Below, piece by piece: positions 26,692-33,713 of a DNA stretch of 36,454 nt. Position 1 is the stretch's first letter. The number at the start of each line of letters is the position of its first letter. Origin of the DNA: a virus (Duplodnaviria > Caudoviricetes). The stretch lies in the IMG/VR virus record IMGVR_UViG_3300030372_005063, positions 1-36,454 of that record; one strand, given 5' to 3'. The notes below the pieces were generated by a model. The model was not told the origin of the DNA. It searched no databases and saw only the letters and a program-made list of their open reading frames with translations. The translations under genes and the position numbers were made by a program.

Positions 26692-27196
26692 ATCCTAGCT
26701 CCTTAATCAATTTTTGTGCTTCTTCAAAACCGTTGCAAACCTCTGCAACCCAACCGGCACGCCGCAAGCCCTCAAGCCATTCCTTTTGTGCGGCACTTAA
26801 TCTGCCGCCTTTTTGACGCTTGAGTTCAATCGCACAACCGGAACGGTGTAATTCTTCTTTGTCCGAGATGACCGAACACTGATTGAAGATGAGCACGTCG
26901 GGAACGCCTGACTTAAGACCTTCTGCCCTGAGCCTAGCCCCTTTGATTTGTGCGCCTTTTCCTCTTCCACCATGCCCTTCGTTTGGGACGTGGCACCAGA
27001 GCAGTCCGAGGCTGTCGAGATACTTGGCAAGTCTAACCTGCTCTTCCCTCTCGGTTGGGATGTCGGACTTTGCTCGTCGTTTCTTTTTCGGACCCGCACC
27101 ATCCCAGGCTTCTTGCAGACTGTTTTTGTTTTTTTCGCTTCTTGCATAAAAGTTACCTATCGCCTTCATAATCCTATCACGGTGTGCGTCGGACAT
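26615..27196 (-). CDS. VRR-NUC domain nuclease, ~193 aa
   Basis: EREEQ, HVPNEG, SGVPDVLI, AIELKRQKGGRLSAAQKEW; start probably ATG 27196. Confidence 0.88.
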   Translation of the reverse strand: MSDAHRDRIMKAIGNFYARSEKNKNSLQEAWDGAGPKKKRRAKSDIPTEREEQVRLAKYLDSLGLLWCHVPNEGHGGRGKGAQIKGARLRAEGLKSGVPDVLIFNQCSVISDKEELHRSGCAIELKRQKGGRLSAAQKEWLEGLRRAGWVAEVCNGFEEAQKLIKELGYDESDTKQRCEETPPVHEEERQESE

Positions 27197-27270
27197 TGAC
27201 ACCCCCATCAATCAAGTGGTAAGTTGTTTATGTCCTTCAGCGCCACTCTCGGCGCGGTTGGGTTAGCTCG

Positions 27271-27306
27271 AAGCGGCTGAGGTTTTTACACCTTAGCCGC
27301 TTTTTC
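27271..27306. terminator. Strong stem-loop, terminator-like on the plus strand
   Basis: AAGCGGCTGAGG-TTTTTACA-CCTTAGCCGCTT then TTT. Confidence 0.65.
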
Positions 27307-27681
27307 TTATGGCTCGTTTATCTCGTCAGCTCTAGCCTGAGCTATCTCCGCGCAGAGGTCAACATCCTGGCCCTTCACGTCCAAATATTCGCGTGCAAGT
27401 TCTACGAAAAGGGCACCAATCTCAGCCTGCACCTTAGTGTTGTTGTCGTCATTATTCCCGACCAATCCAAGAATTTTTTTCATGACAGGAGCGAGGTCGT
27501 CATTGTCCCAGATATGTGTAGACACGTCACAAATGTCATACTCTTCTGGCTTACTTGGGTCACCGATAAGGCGCTCAAACAACTGGTCATCATCGACATT
27601 GTACTCTGGGCAATCTTCACACGGTGGGCTGAAGTCTCCTGGGCCTTTTGTTTTTGAATAGTTGATGTGCTTTGCAAACAT
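27307..27681 (-). CDS. Hypothetical acidic protein, 124 aa
   Basis: AAAAGGAGCTAACC-ATG; about 28 Asp/Glu versus 11 Lys/Arg by hand count. Confidence 0.8.
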   Translation of the reverse strand: MFAKHINYSKTKGPGDFSPPCEDCPEYNVDDDQLFERLIGDPSKPEEYDICDVSTHIWDNDDLAPVMKKILGLVGNNDDNNTKVQAEIGALFVELAREYLDVKGQDVDLCAEIAQARADEINEP

Positions 27682-27715
27682 GGTTAGCTCCTTTTAAAAT
27701 AAATCAATTATATGT

Positions 27716-27748
27716 TTGACGGTAGCATCATAATGATGCTAACGTCAA
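27716..27748. promoter_or_regulatory. 33-bp inverted repeat forming two overlapping divergent promoters/operators
   Basis: TTGACGGTAGCATCA-TAA-TGATGCTAACGTCAA; plus TTGACG-N18-TAACGT, minus TTGACG-N18-TACCGT, both with TGn. Confidence 0.8.
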
Positions 27749-27776
27749 CAGCATAAGCTAACCGGAAGGATTTTTT

Positions 27777-28685
27777 ATGGAAAGAATTTTTGAAGAACTA
27801 CCCCGCGAGGAATGCATGGGCAGCACCGATGTTAATGCTGCCGCAGGCACCAACCGCTACAAGGGGCCTAACAAGCTTTTCCTTGCAAAGACAGGGCAAC
27901 CGCAGAAGTCTAACGCCTACATGGAGCTGAGCCTGCTTACCGAGGATGCCCTGCGCAAGATTACGGAAGTAAAGCTTGCGGCGTCTGGTATCGATGTCTG
28001 CCTTAAGGAAGGCAAGACTTTTTTCTGGCGAGAAGATGGCGTTAATTTTAGGACAACCCCGGACGGACTTGCCTACGCATCAAAGCGGCACCGAAAGATT
28101 CTGTACGCGGTTGAAATGAAAAACTCGTTCAACTCGCCGCGCTCGGACTACGGGGAGGAATGGAGCGAGGATGTACGAGAAGACTATTATGACCAGTGTG
28201 TTCAACACTGCGCCTTGACTCCTGCACCTGCCTGCCTGCTTTCTGTCTGGTTTCATCCTACTCAGTGGCCTGAGATGTTTATTGTCAAAGCAAACCCGGA
28301 ACGATGGGAAGAGCTAAAGGCGACAGGCAAAGCGTTCTGGAAGAATTACGTCGAGACGGGCATACCTCCAGAGCTGGACGAAACAGAGTGGGCACGCAAG
28401 GCCCAGCTTCGACGGGAGACTTGGGAGGACAAAATTCACGAGGTGCGTCAACCCGAGCGCGTTGTCCTCGCCGACCTTGAGAAGAAGAAAGTTGCCTACG
28501 ATAAAGCCGAGGACGAGTTTAATGCGGCAAGGAACGAGGTGGTAAAAATGGCCGCAGACTTAGGGGTTGAGTCTCTGCGGTATAACGATAAGAATGTCGT
28601 GACATTCAAAGAGAATAAAAATGGCGTGAGAGTTGCGCGAATCAATTACAAAAACTTTTCAGATTTAGGAGCCAACAATGACTGA
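27777..28685 (+). CDS. YqaJ/lambda-exonuclease-like recombination nuclease, 302 aa
   Basis: MGSTDV, RTTPDGL, AVEMKN, YYDQCVQH motifs. Confidence 0.82.
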   Translation: MERIFEELPREECMGSTDVNAAAGTNRYKGPNKLFLAKTGQPQKSNAYMELSLLTEDALRKITEVKLAASGIDVCLKEGKTFFWREDGVNFRTTPDGLAYASKRHRKILYAVEMKNSFNSPRSDYGEEWSEDVREDYYDQCVQHCALTPAPACLLSVWFHPTQWPEMFIVKANPERWEELKATGKAFWKNYVETGIPPELDETEWARKAQLRRETWEDKIHEVRQPERVVLADLEKKKVAYDKAEDEFNAARNEVVKMAADLGVESLRYNDKNVVTFKENKNGVRVARINYKNFSDLGANND

Positions 28686-29505
28686 CATGGTACGAGCCGC
28701 AGAGCTGGCACTTATTAGTAATGACCTCGGTGCCCTTGGGCCAGAGGAGCGTTTGGCTTACATGCGAAAAATTTGCGAGTCAGTAGGGATAAATCACCTC
28801 ACGCAGCCTTTTCAATATATCCGGCTAAACGGGAAACTCACTCTTTACGCAACCAAGGGGTGCACTGACCAACTAAGGGCAATCAAGGGCGTATCGATTG
28901 AGATTGTTGAAAACACTGTGCAGGATGACCAGATATATGTGCATGTTCGGGCAACGGTGCCGGACGAGCGACACCCTTCAGGTCTGAGGACCGATGAGGA
29001 TATCGGGGTGGTCAAAATGCGCGGGGGCGAGAATGGCATCAATGACCGAATGAAGGCCATCACCAAAGCCAAGAGAAGAATCACCCTTTCCATATGTGGC
29101 CTTGGTATGCTTGACGAGTCCGAAATTGAGACAATCCCAAAGGAGCGCGTTGAACGCATTGAGGCACCGGCAGAAGTGAAGGCTGTCCTGATGCCGCCGA
29201 AGAAGGAAAAGAAAACCAAGAAAGAACCCAAGCCAGCCAAAGCTCGCACCGCAGCAGCAAACAAGAAAGAGTTTGCCAAGGCTGTCAGCAGCTTCGAGAA
29301 GGCGGAAGTTACAGAGGAGCAGGTTTTAAAGTTCTTAAAAATCAAAAAAGGCTCGGAGTTTACCGAAGAGCTTCAGGCTGACCTTCGAATTGCCTTTAAA
29401 CTTGTAGCTCGCGGCCAGCACCCTAAAGGGCTGAAGCCTGAAACGGCTACTTGCTCCGCTGAAGTCCCAGCGCCCCCCGGCGATGACATGGCAGGAGTTG
29501 AGTGA
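28678..29505 (+). CDS. Single-strand annealing recombinase (RecT/Bet-like), 275 aa
   Basis: Paired with exonuclease; MKAITKAKRRITLSICGLGMLDESEI motif. Confidence 0.7.
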   Translation: MTDMVRAAELALISNDLGALGPEERLAYMRKICESVGINHLTQPFQYIRLNGKLTLYATKGCTDQLRAIKGVSIEIVENTVQDDQIYVHVRATVPDERHPSGLRTDEDIGVVKMRGGENGINDRMKAITKAKRRITLSICGLGMLDESEIETIPKERVERIEAPAEVKAVLMPPKKEKKTKKEPKPAKARTAAANKKEFAKAVSSFEKAEVTEEQVLKFLKIKKGSEFTEELQADLRIAFKLVARGQHPKGLKPETATCSAEVPAPPGDDMAGVE

Positions 29506-30296
29506 TGTTGGATTGGGCGCTTTGGTTTGCACATAACGGGTGGCCAATATTCCCGGCGCATGGGATTGTTGACGGCTCGTGTACTTGCCGCAAGGGACCA
29601 GAGTGTTCATCTCCGGGCAAGCATCCAGACACTCGGCGAGGGTGGAAGGATGCAAGCCTGGATCCAAGGCAGATTCGAGAGTGGTATGCAAAGAACCCAC
29701 ATGCGAATATTGCTCTGGCTTGCGGCAACATCACAGTATTGGACATAGACGGCGAGAAGGGCCGCCAGAGCCTTGAAAGCCTTCTGGATGACGATAGGGC
29801 TGCGTATCTCAGAACAACGCCCAGGGCACGCACAGGGGGCGGCGGGTGGCACCTTTTTTTCCAGGGCGTGGAGGTCAAGAATCTTGTAGGGATGAAGCCA
29901 GGGCTCGACATCAGAAGTCGAGGGGGGCACGTCATTCTGCCGCCATCGATGCACGCATCTGGAAGGCGATACTCTTTTGACCGCTGTCCCACAAGGCACA
30001 AGGTTCAGCTTTTTCCTGGCTGGCTTCTTCAGGTAGCAAAAGAAGGCGAGAGGGATAAGCCAAGAATCGAGACAGCGGTAAAGGCTGACCCATCTTGGGA
30101 CATCGATAAGATTCCAGAAATACCCAGCTACCGAAATAACACGCTGACATCTTTGTGTGGGACTATGTTCCGGCGAGGTAACAGCACGGAAGAAATTACA
30201 GCCACATTGATGGCTATTAACGAGGCAAGGTGTAAACCACCGCTAGACGCCTCAGATATTGAAAAAATAGTGTGGAGTGTATCCCGCTATCACTAG
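29505..30296 (+). CDS. Bifunctional DNA primase-polymerase (Prim-Pol) with PriCT-like C-terminus, 263 aa
   Basis: WPIFP, GKHP, VLDIDG, RTGGGGWHLFF, PPSMH, RNNTL. Confidence 0.92.
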   Translation: MLDWALWFAHNGWPIFPAHGIVDGSCTCRKGPECSSPGKHPDTRRGWKDASLDPRQIREWYAKNPHANIALACGNITVLDIDGEKGRQSLESLLDDDRAAYLRTTPRARTGGGGWHLFFQGVEVKNLVGMKPGLDIRSRGGHVILPPSMHASGRRYSFDRCPTRHKVQLFPGWLLQVAKEGERDKPRIETAVKADPSWDIDKIPEIPSYRNNTLTSLCGTMFRRGNSTEEITATLMAINEARCKPPLDASDIEKIVWSVSRYH

Positions 30297-30305
30297 GAGA
30301 TTTTT

Positions 30306-30674
30306 ATGAGTACAGGTGTAAACAAAGTAATATTAATCGGCAACCTTGGCCAAGACCCAGAAGTTAGACCCACCCCTAGCGGAACAATGACAACTTCCTT
30401 TTCAATGGCTACCTCAAGAACCTACAAGGACAAGACAGGGGAAAAACAACAAGAGACCCAATGGCACAAAATTATTACCTGGGGGAAGCTTGCGGAGTTT
30501 TGTGGTGAGTATCTGTCAAAAGGAAAATCGATTTATATCGAGGGTCGCATTGAATATCGGACATGGCAGGACAAAGAAGGAAACAAGCGCAACACCACTG
30601 AGATTGTAGCCGACACTGTGAATTTTGTAGGTTCAAAAAACGACTCTAATCATAGCCGCTCAGATAACTGGTAA
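30306..30674 (+). CDS. ssb: Single-stranded DNA-binding protein, 122 aa
   Basis: GVNKVILIGNLGQDPEVR...TQWHKI...GKLAE...YLSKGKSIYIEGRI...TTEIVA. Confidence 0.96.
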   Translation: MSTGVNKVILIGNLGQDPEVRPTPSGTMTTSFSMATSRTYKDKTGEKQQETQWHKIITWGKLAEFCGEYLSKGKSIYIEGRIEYRTWQDKEGNKRNTTEIVADTVNFVGSKNDSNHSRSDNW

Positions 30675-30692
30675 TAATAAGGAGCTAACCCA

Positions 30693-30953
30693 ATGAGAGA
30701 CTGTAAGATTGATGATGTTGAAGAAGTCGGCCCTAGCTATAGCTTAATCTTTGCTGTGGGGCTTTCAGTTGCAACTTTTGTTTATTCTATTTTTATGAGC
30801 AATCCCGAACTTCTTGCTCGGGTGCCCGGAGTGTCCCACTATCAAGGGCAGCACTACGAAAAACCCAATGAGCAGAAGCGGCTTGACGCGCACGCTGACA
30901 TTAGTGACGTTGACCGCGATGCGCTGCGTATGCTGCTGGAGGCGAACAAATGA
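30693..30953 (+). CDS. Small membrane protein, 86 aa
   Basis: TM segment LIFAVGLSVATFVYSIFM; AAGGAGCTAACC leader. Confidence 0.7.
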   Translation: MRDCKIDDVEEVGPSYSLIFAVGLSVATFVYSIFMSNPELLARVPGVSHYQGQHYEKPNEQKRLDAHADISDVDRDALRMLLEANK

Positions 30954-31222
30954 GCAAAAGAAGAAAAGCGGATTTGGAGCAAACCCAGCATATTATGAAA
31001 ACCCTTAACACTGTCGTTAAAGCTGCCGCTGACCAAGCTGGTGAGTTTTACTCGAACGAGCGAGTCGAGGGCAACGAGCTGGATGGGGAACTAATGGTTA
31101 TTTACACGCAAGCGATTGACCAATTGCGTGAGGGGTTTAGAATTTTAAGCACTGCTGAAGCAAAGCTTAAGCCCGTATCTGGCAAGAGCGAAAAGATTTT
31201 TGGAATTTTTAGCCGCGCCTAG
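30950..31222 (+). CDS. Hypothetical protein, 90 aa
   Basis: RBS GGAGG; ATGA overlap. Confidence 0.7.
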   Translation: MSKRRKADLEQTQHIMKTLNTVVKAAADQAGEFYSNERVEGNELDGELMVIYTQAIDQLREGFRILSTAEAKLKPVSGKSEKIFGIFSRA

Positions 31223-31257
31223 CGGTAATCAGCTAAACTTAAAAGCAGGAGGGGATT

Positions 31258-31395
31258 ATGCTTTTAGGGATGTTTTTTACAGTGGTTCTTGCCTTTTTGG
31301 GCTGGGGGCTTTGCTGCTCTAGCTACAAGAGGCGAGACTTAAATAGACGCATTGCGTTAGAACTAAATCGGGCTCGGGCCTGGGATCAGGACTAG
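31258..31395 (+). CDS. Small membrane protein, 45 aa (below ORF track cutoff)
   Basis: MLLGMFFTVVLAFLGWGLCCSSYKRRDLNRRIALELNRARAWDQD; RBS AGGAGG. Confidence 0.65.
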   Translation: MLLGMFFTVVLAFLGWGLCCSSYKRRDLNRRIALELNRARAWDQD

Positions 31396-31441
31396 ACGAT
31401 GGCGCAAACGTAACCACCACAAATAAAGTATTGAGCATAGG

Positions 31442-31864
31442 TCAGCGCGGCCAGTTGTATTTGAACCATCGCGCTGCCTTTGCTTTTTCTGGTGAAGAGC
31501 CACGAGTATCGAAGTGGACGAAGTTCTCGTATAGCCCCAGCCCGAAACCAGTGCCTAATCTGCGAGCTGCGTTCTCAAGTTCGATGTATAATCGCAACAT
31601 ATAAGCACCATGGCGCTTGGTCGCATTAACATAGGTGACATCGGCAGCATAAACCACGCCGTCACGAGGAAGGTGCCAGCTCTTCGATGCACCGCCAACC
31701 GCTTTATTGTGCTGCTCGCACCGGTACGATGAGTTGATTCTTAGTGGGCCAAGCTCTTTGCGTACGCTGTCAAGAACAGTAACGAGCGACTGTGCGGGGT
31801 TTGTTTTACCGCAGCAGTTACACGCAAACTCTGACGCCGAGAAATGTTGACCGACCTTACCCAT
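31442..31864 (-). CDS. Peptidase M15A-family endolysin, 140 aa
   Basis: HFSASEFACNCCG, INSSYRC...HN..VGGASKSWH, AAD, FVHFDTRG. Confidence 0.9.
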   Translation of the reverse strand: MGKVGQHFSASEFACNCCGKTNPAQSLVTVLDSVRKELGPLRINSSYRCEQHNKAVGGASKSWHLPRDGVVYAADVTYVNATKRHGAYMLRLYIELENAARRLGTGFGLGLYENFVHFDTRGSSPEKAKAARWFKYNWPR

Positions 31865-31952
31865 AGTAGCTCATCTTTTTAGGTTTTTTCTTTGGCTTCT
31901 TTTTTTTCGGCATTACTTTTTTCAGCTTTGGCTTCATTGGTTTTTTCATCAT
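31857..31952 (-). CDS. Hidden 31-aa Lys/Pro-rich microprotein overlapping the 229-aa gene
   Basis: MMKKPMKPKLKKVMPKKKKPKKKPKKMSYYG; RBS GAAGGA; stop overlaps endolysin ATG. Confidence 0.6.
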   Translation of the reverse strand: MMKKPMKPKLKKVMPKKKKPKKKPKKMSYYG

Positions 31953-32568
31953 CTGGTTTTCCTTCGTAAAACCACGCATCCGTGTGGCAATAATTAAGTC
32001 CGGTGTTGCTAAAATAAATTTCTTCACATGCTTCGTAATCAGGTGGACCTACTACCTTGGTAAGGCTTGGCTCTGTCCACAAGATACGATTGTTGGGCAT
32101 CGAGCAGAACTGGCCATTGTCGAGCGCCAAGATGTTTTGACTCTTGTGCTCCTTTGGAATGCTAGCACACGTGGGCATTAGCTCACCGCTCGCGTCAACT
32201 TGGTCCACAGTGCAAACGTATGTGCCGCTCACCAGCTCCTTGCCTACCCGCACCTTGGCATCGAGGTGACGCAAAGCATCTTTAACAATTGTCGTAATGT
32301 GCCACGCATCCATGTCCCAAAGTGCAAGCTCACCCTGGTCAAAGCGAAAGTCGCCTTCTTTGTCGTGAACAAATGCCTCAATCGGTAACTTGTCGTAGAG
32401 AGCGCCGTTCTCTAACAGCGTCTCAAAAAGAAGGGCTCGGTGTTTTTGCGTTTTAACGCTTACCCAATAACCTTTGGTAAATTCGCCGTGTCCTTTTTTG
32501 AAATTGTAGAGAAACTCGTTGCGAACGTAGACGGGCTCAAGAGGAAGGTTTGCAACAAGGAAGCTCAT
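31879..32568 (-). CDS. Conserved-looking phage hypothetical protein, 229 aa
   Basis: VANLP...VRNEFLY...GHGEF...GALYDKLPI...PNNRI recalls a family common in aquatic phages; ATGA overlap. Confidence 0.75.
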   Translation of the reverse strand: MSFLVANLPLEPVYVRNEFLYNFKKGHGEFTKGYWVSVKTQKHRALLFETLLENGALYDKLPIEAFVHDKEGDFRFDQGELALWDMDAWHITTIVKDALRHLDAKVRVGKELVSGTYVCTVDQVDASGELMPTCASIPKEHKSQNILALDNGQFCSMPNNRILWTEPSLTKVVGPPDYEACEEIYFSNTGLNYCHTDAWFYEGKPDDEKTNEAKAEKSNAEKKEAKEKT

Positions 32569-32807
32569 CGTTTCTTGCCCTTGTGCAGGCCATGCTTGGC
32601 GTGTTGCTTGCCCTTCTTTGTTGCCGCTCTTTTCTTTTTATTTGCTGCTGCCAACTTTTTACGTCCTGCCGCAGTGCTTTTCAACTTTCTGATAGTTGCT
32701 GCTGGCGCGTAAACCTCGCCCGTCTTGGAAGACTTTTTTCCTGATGCGGTGCGCCATTTTTGACTGGTCCATTCTTTAAGACTCTTCTGCGTTTTTTTTA
32801 GGGCCAT
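32565..32807 (-). CDS. Very basic small protein, 80 aa
   Basis: KSLKEWTSQKWRT...; Lys/Arg-rich; overlap-coupled. Confidence 0.8.
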   Translation of the reverse strand: MALKKTQKSLKEWTSQKWRTASGKKSSKTGEVYAPAATIRKLKSTAAGRKKLAAANKKKRAATKKGKQHAKHGLHKGKKR

Positions 32808-32998
32808 CAGCTTTTGTACCCTCCACCTGCGGCCTTGTACTGCTTGGCTAACATTTGCGCTTTACGTGCAGACCACTGACCGGGTTTTCCGCCCTTACCG
32901 CCTGCCTTAATCTTATTAAACAAACGCTTGCGCATTGTTGGCTTGGTGTAGTTGCCTGCCTCGTTTACGCGACTTTTTGCTTTTTTTCTAACTGCCAT
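32807..32998 (-). CDS. Very basic small protein, 63 aa (recalls DUF5872-like viral proteins)
   Basis: GQWSARKAQMLAKQYKAAGGGYK motif. Confidence 0.8.
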   Translation of the reverse strand: MAVRKKAKSRVNEAGNYTKPTMRKRLFNKIKAGGKGGKPGQWSARKAQMLAKQYKAAGGGYKS

Positions 32999-33002
32999 TT
33001 GC

Positions 33003-33266
33003 TCACCAATTTTTACAAGACCAGTATCTGGCCGTTAGCTTTGACGGGGGATTCGAGTCACACTTATGCCGTGCCCGGAACGATTTCTTGCGAGCTGGCA
33101 CGTTTTTCTTGATTTTCATGTTAGCGTCACCAAAGCGAATCATCTTTGTTTTGTCGCCAACTTTTGCGACAACAACAAACTTCTTTGGTCCGTTTGGCGT
33201 GCGCTTCGGTTTATTGTAGCGCGTAACTCCGGCGCGAACTAATTTTGGGTCTCGTTTCTTTGGCAT
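33003..33266 (-). CDS. Very basic small protein, 87 aa
   Basis: RFGD...RKKSFRARHKCD...ARYWSCKNW motif recurring in aquatic viruses; RBS AGGTGG. Confidence 0.8.
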   Translation of the reverse strand: MPKKRDPKLVRAGVTRYNKPKRTPNGPKKFVVVAKVGDKTKMIRFGDANMKIKKNVPARKKSFRARHKCDSNPPSKLTARYWSCKNW

Positions 33267-33267
33267 A

Positions 33268-33495
33268 TCACCACCTCATTTTTAAACCTGCCGATGCGGT
33301 CCAGTCTCCACTGTTTGCGAAGTCTCCACTAGCAAAGGCAAATATATCTCGGCCTAATGCAAGGTCAATATTACCAGTACCCCGGGCACCATTGCTATCA
33401 GCAACAACACCAAGAGCGAGGCTGATCGTATCTTCCTCCAGGCCCGACGCCCTCTCAATACCTGCCGCCACAACATCCCTTACTTCTCTTGGGAC
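33268..33495 (-). CDS. -1 frame extension (75 aa) of the 77-aa membrane protein; helix plus four beta strands, YadA-anchor-like
   Basis: VPREVRDVVAAGIERASGLEEDTISLALGVV...WTASAGLKMRW; begins exactly at G GGA AAG; fills otherwise empty 33268-33479. Confidence 0.7.
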   Translation of the reverse strand, partial: VPREVRDVVAAGIERASGLEEDTISLALGVVADSNGARGTGNIDLALGRDIFAFASGDFANSGDWTASAGLKMRW

Positions 33496-33713
33496 TTTCC
33501 CAGCGTCTGCACCGCCTCTGCTCCGGTCAAAGCCTTCTTTACCATGCCGCGTGAGTGGTTGTAGCTGGCACCCAACACGGCTGCTGCAACTGGTCCACAG
33601 ATTTTTACCCACTCACTATCTGCAAACACTGCTGCCAGTGCCCCACAAATTAAACCAGCCACAGTAAGTAAAAACTCACTACTCTTGAGGCCGTTAGTCT
33701 TACCCTTAATCAT
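33480..33713 (-). CDS. Small membrane protein, holin-like, 77 aa (148 aa if frameshifted)
   Basis: Two hydrophobic segments FLLTVAGLICGALAAVFA and ICGPVAAAVLGASY; RBS AGGGGG; lysis-region context. Confidence 0.65.
   Translation of the reverse strand: MIKGKTNGLKSSEFLLTVAGLICGALAAVFADSEWVKICGPVAAAVLGASYNHSRGMVKKALTGAEAVQTLGKSQEK
33495..33501 (-). other. -1 slippery heptamer G GGA AAG
   Basis: In-frame CTG GGA AAG, four sense codons before the stop; identical to lambda G/GT shift site. Confidence 0.75.

Noticed and set aside
33496-33612. GTG start at 33612 for a 114-aa protein
   Set aside because: No clear RBS, first 39 residues look like off-frame translation of the membrane gene, and protein-like sequence begins at the slippery site
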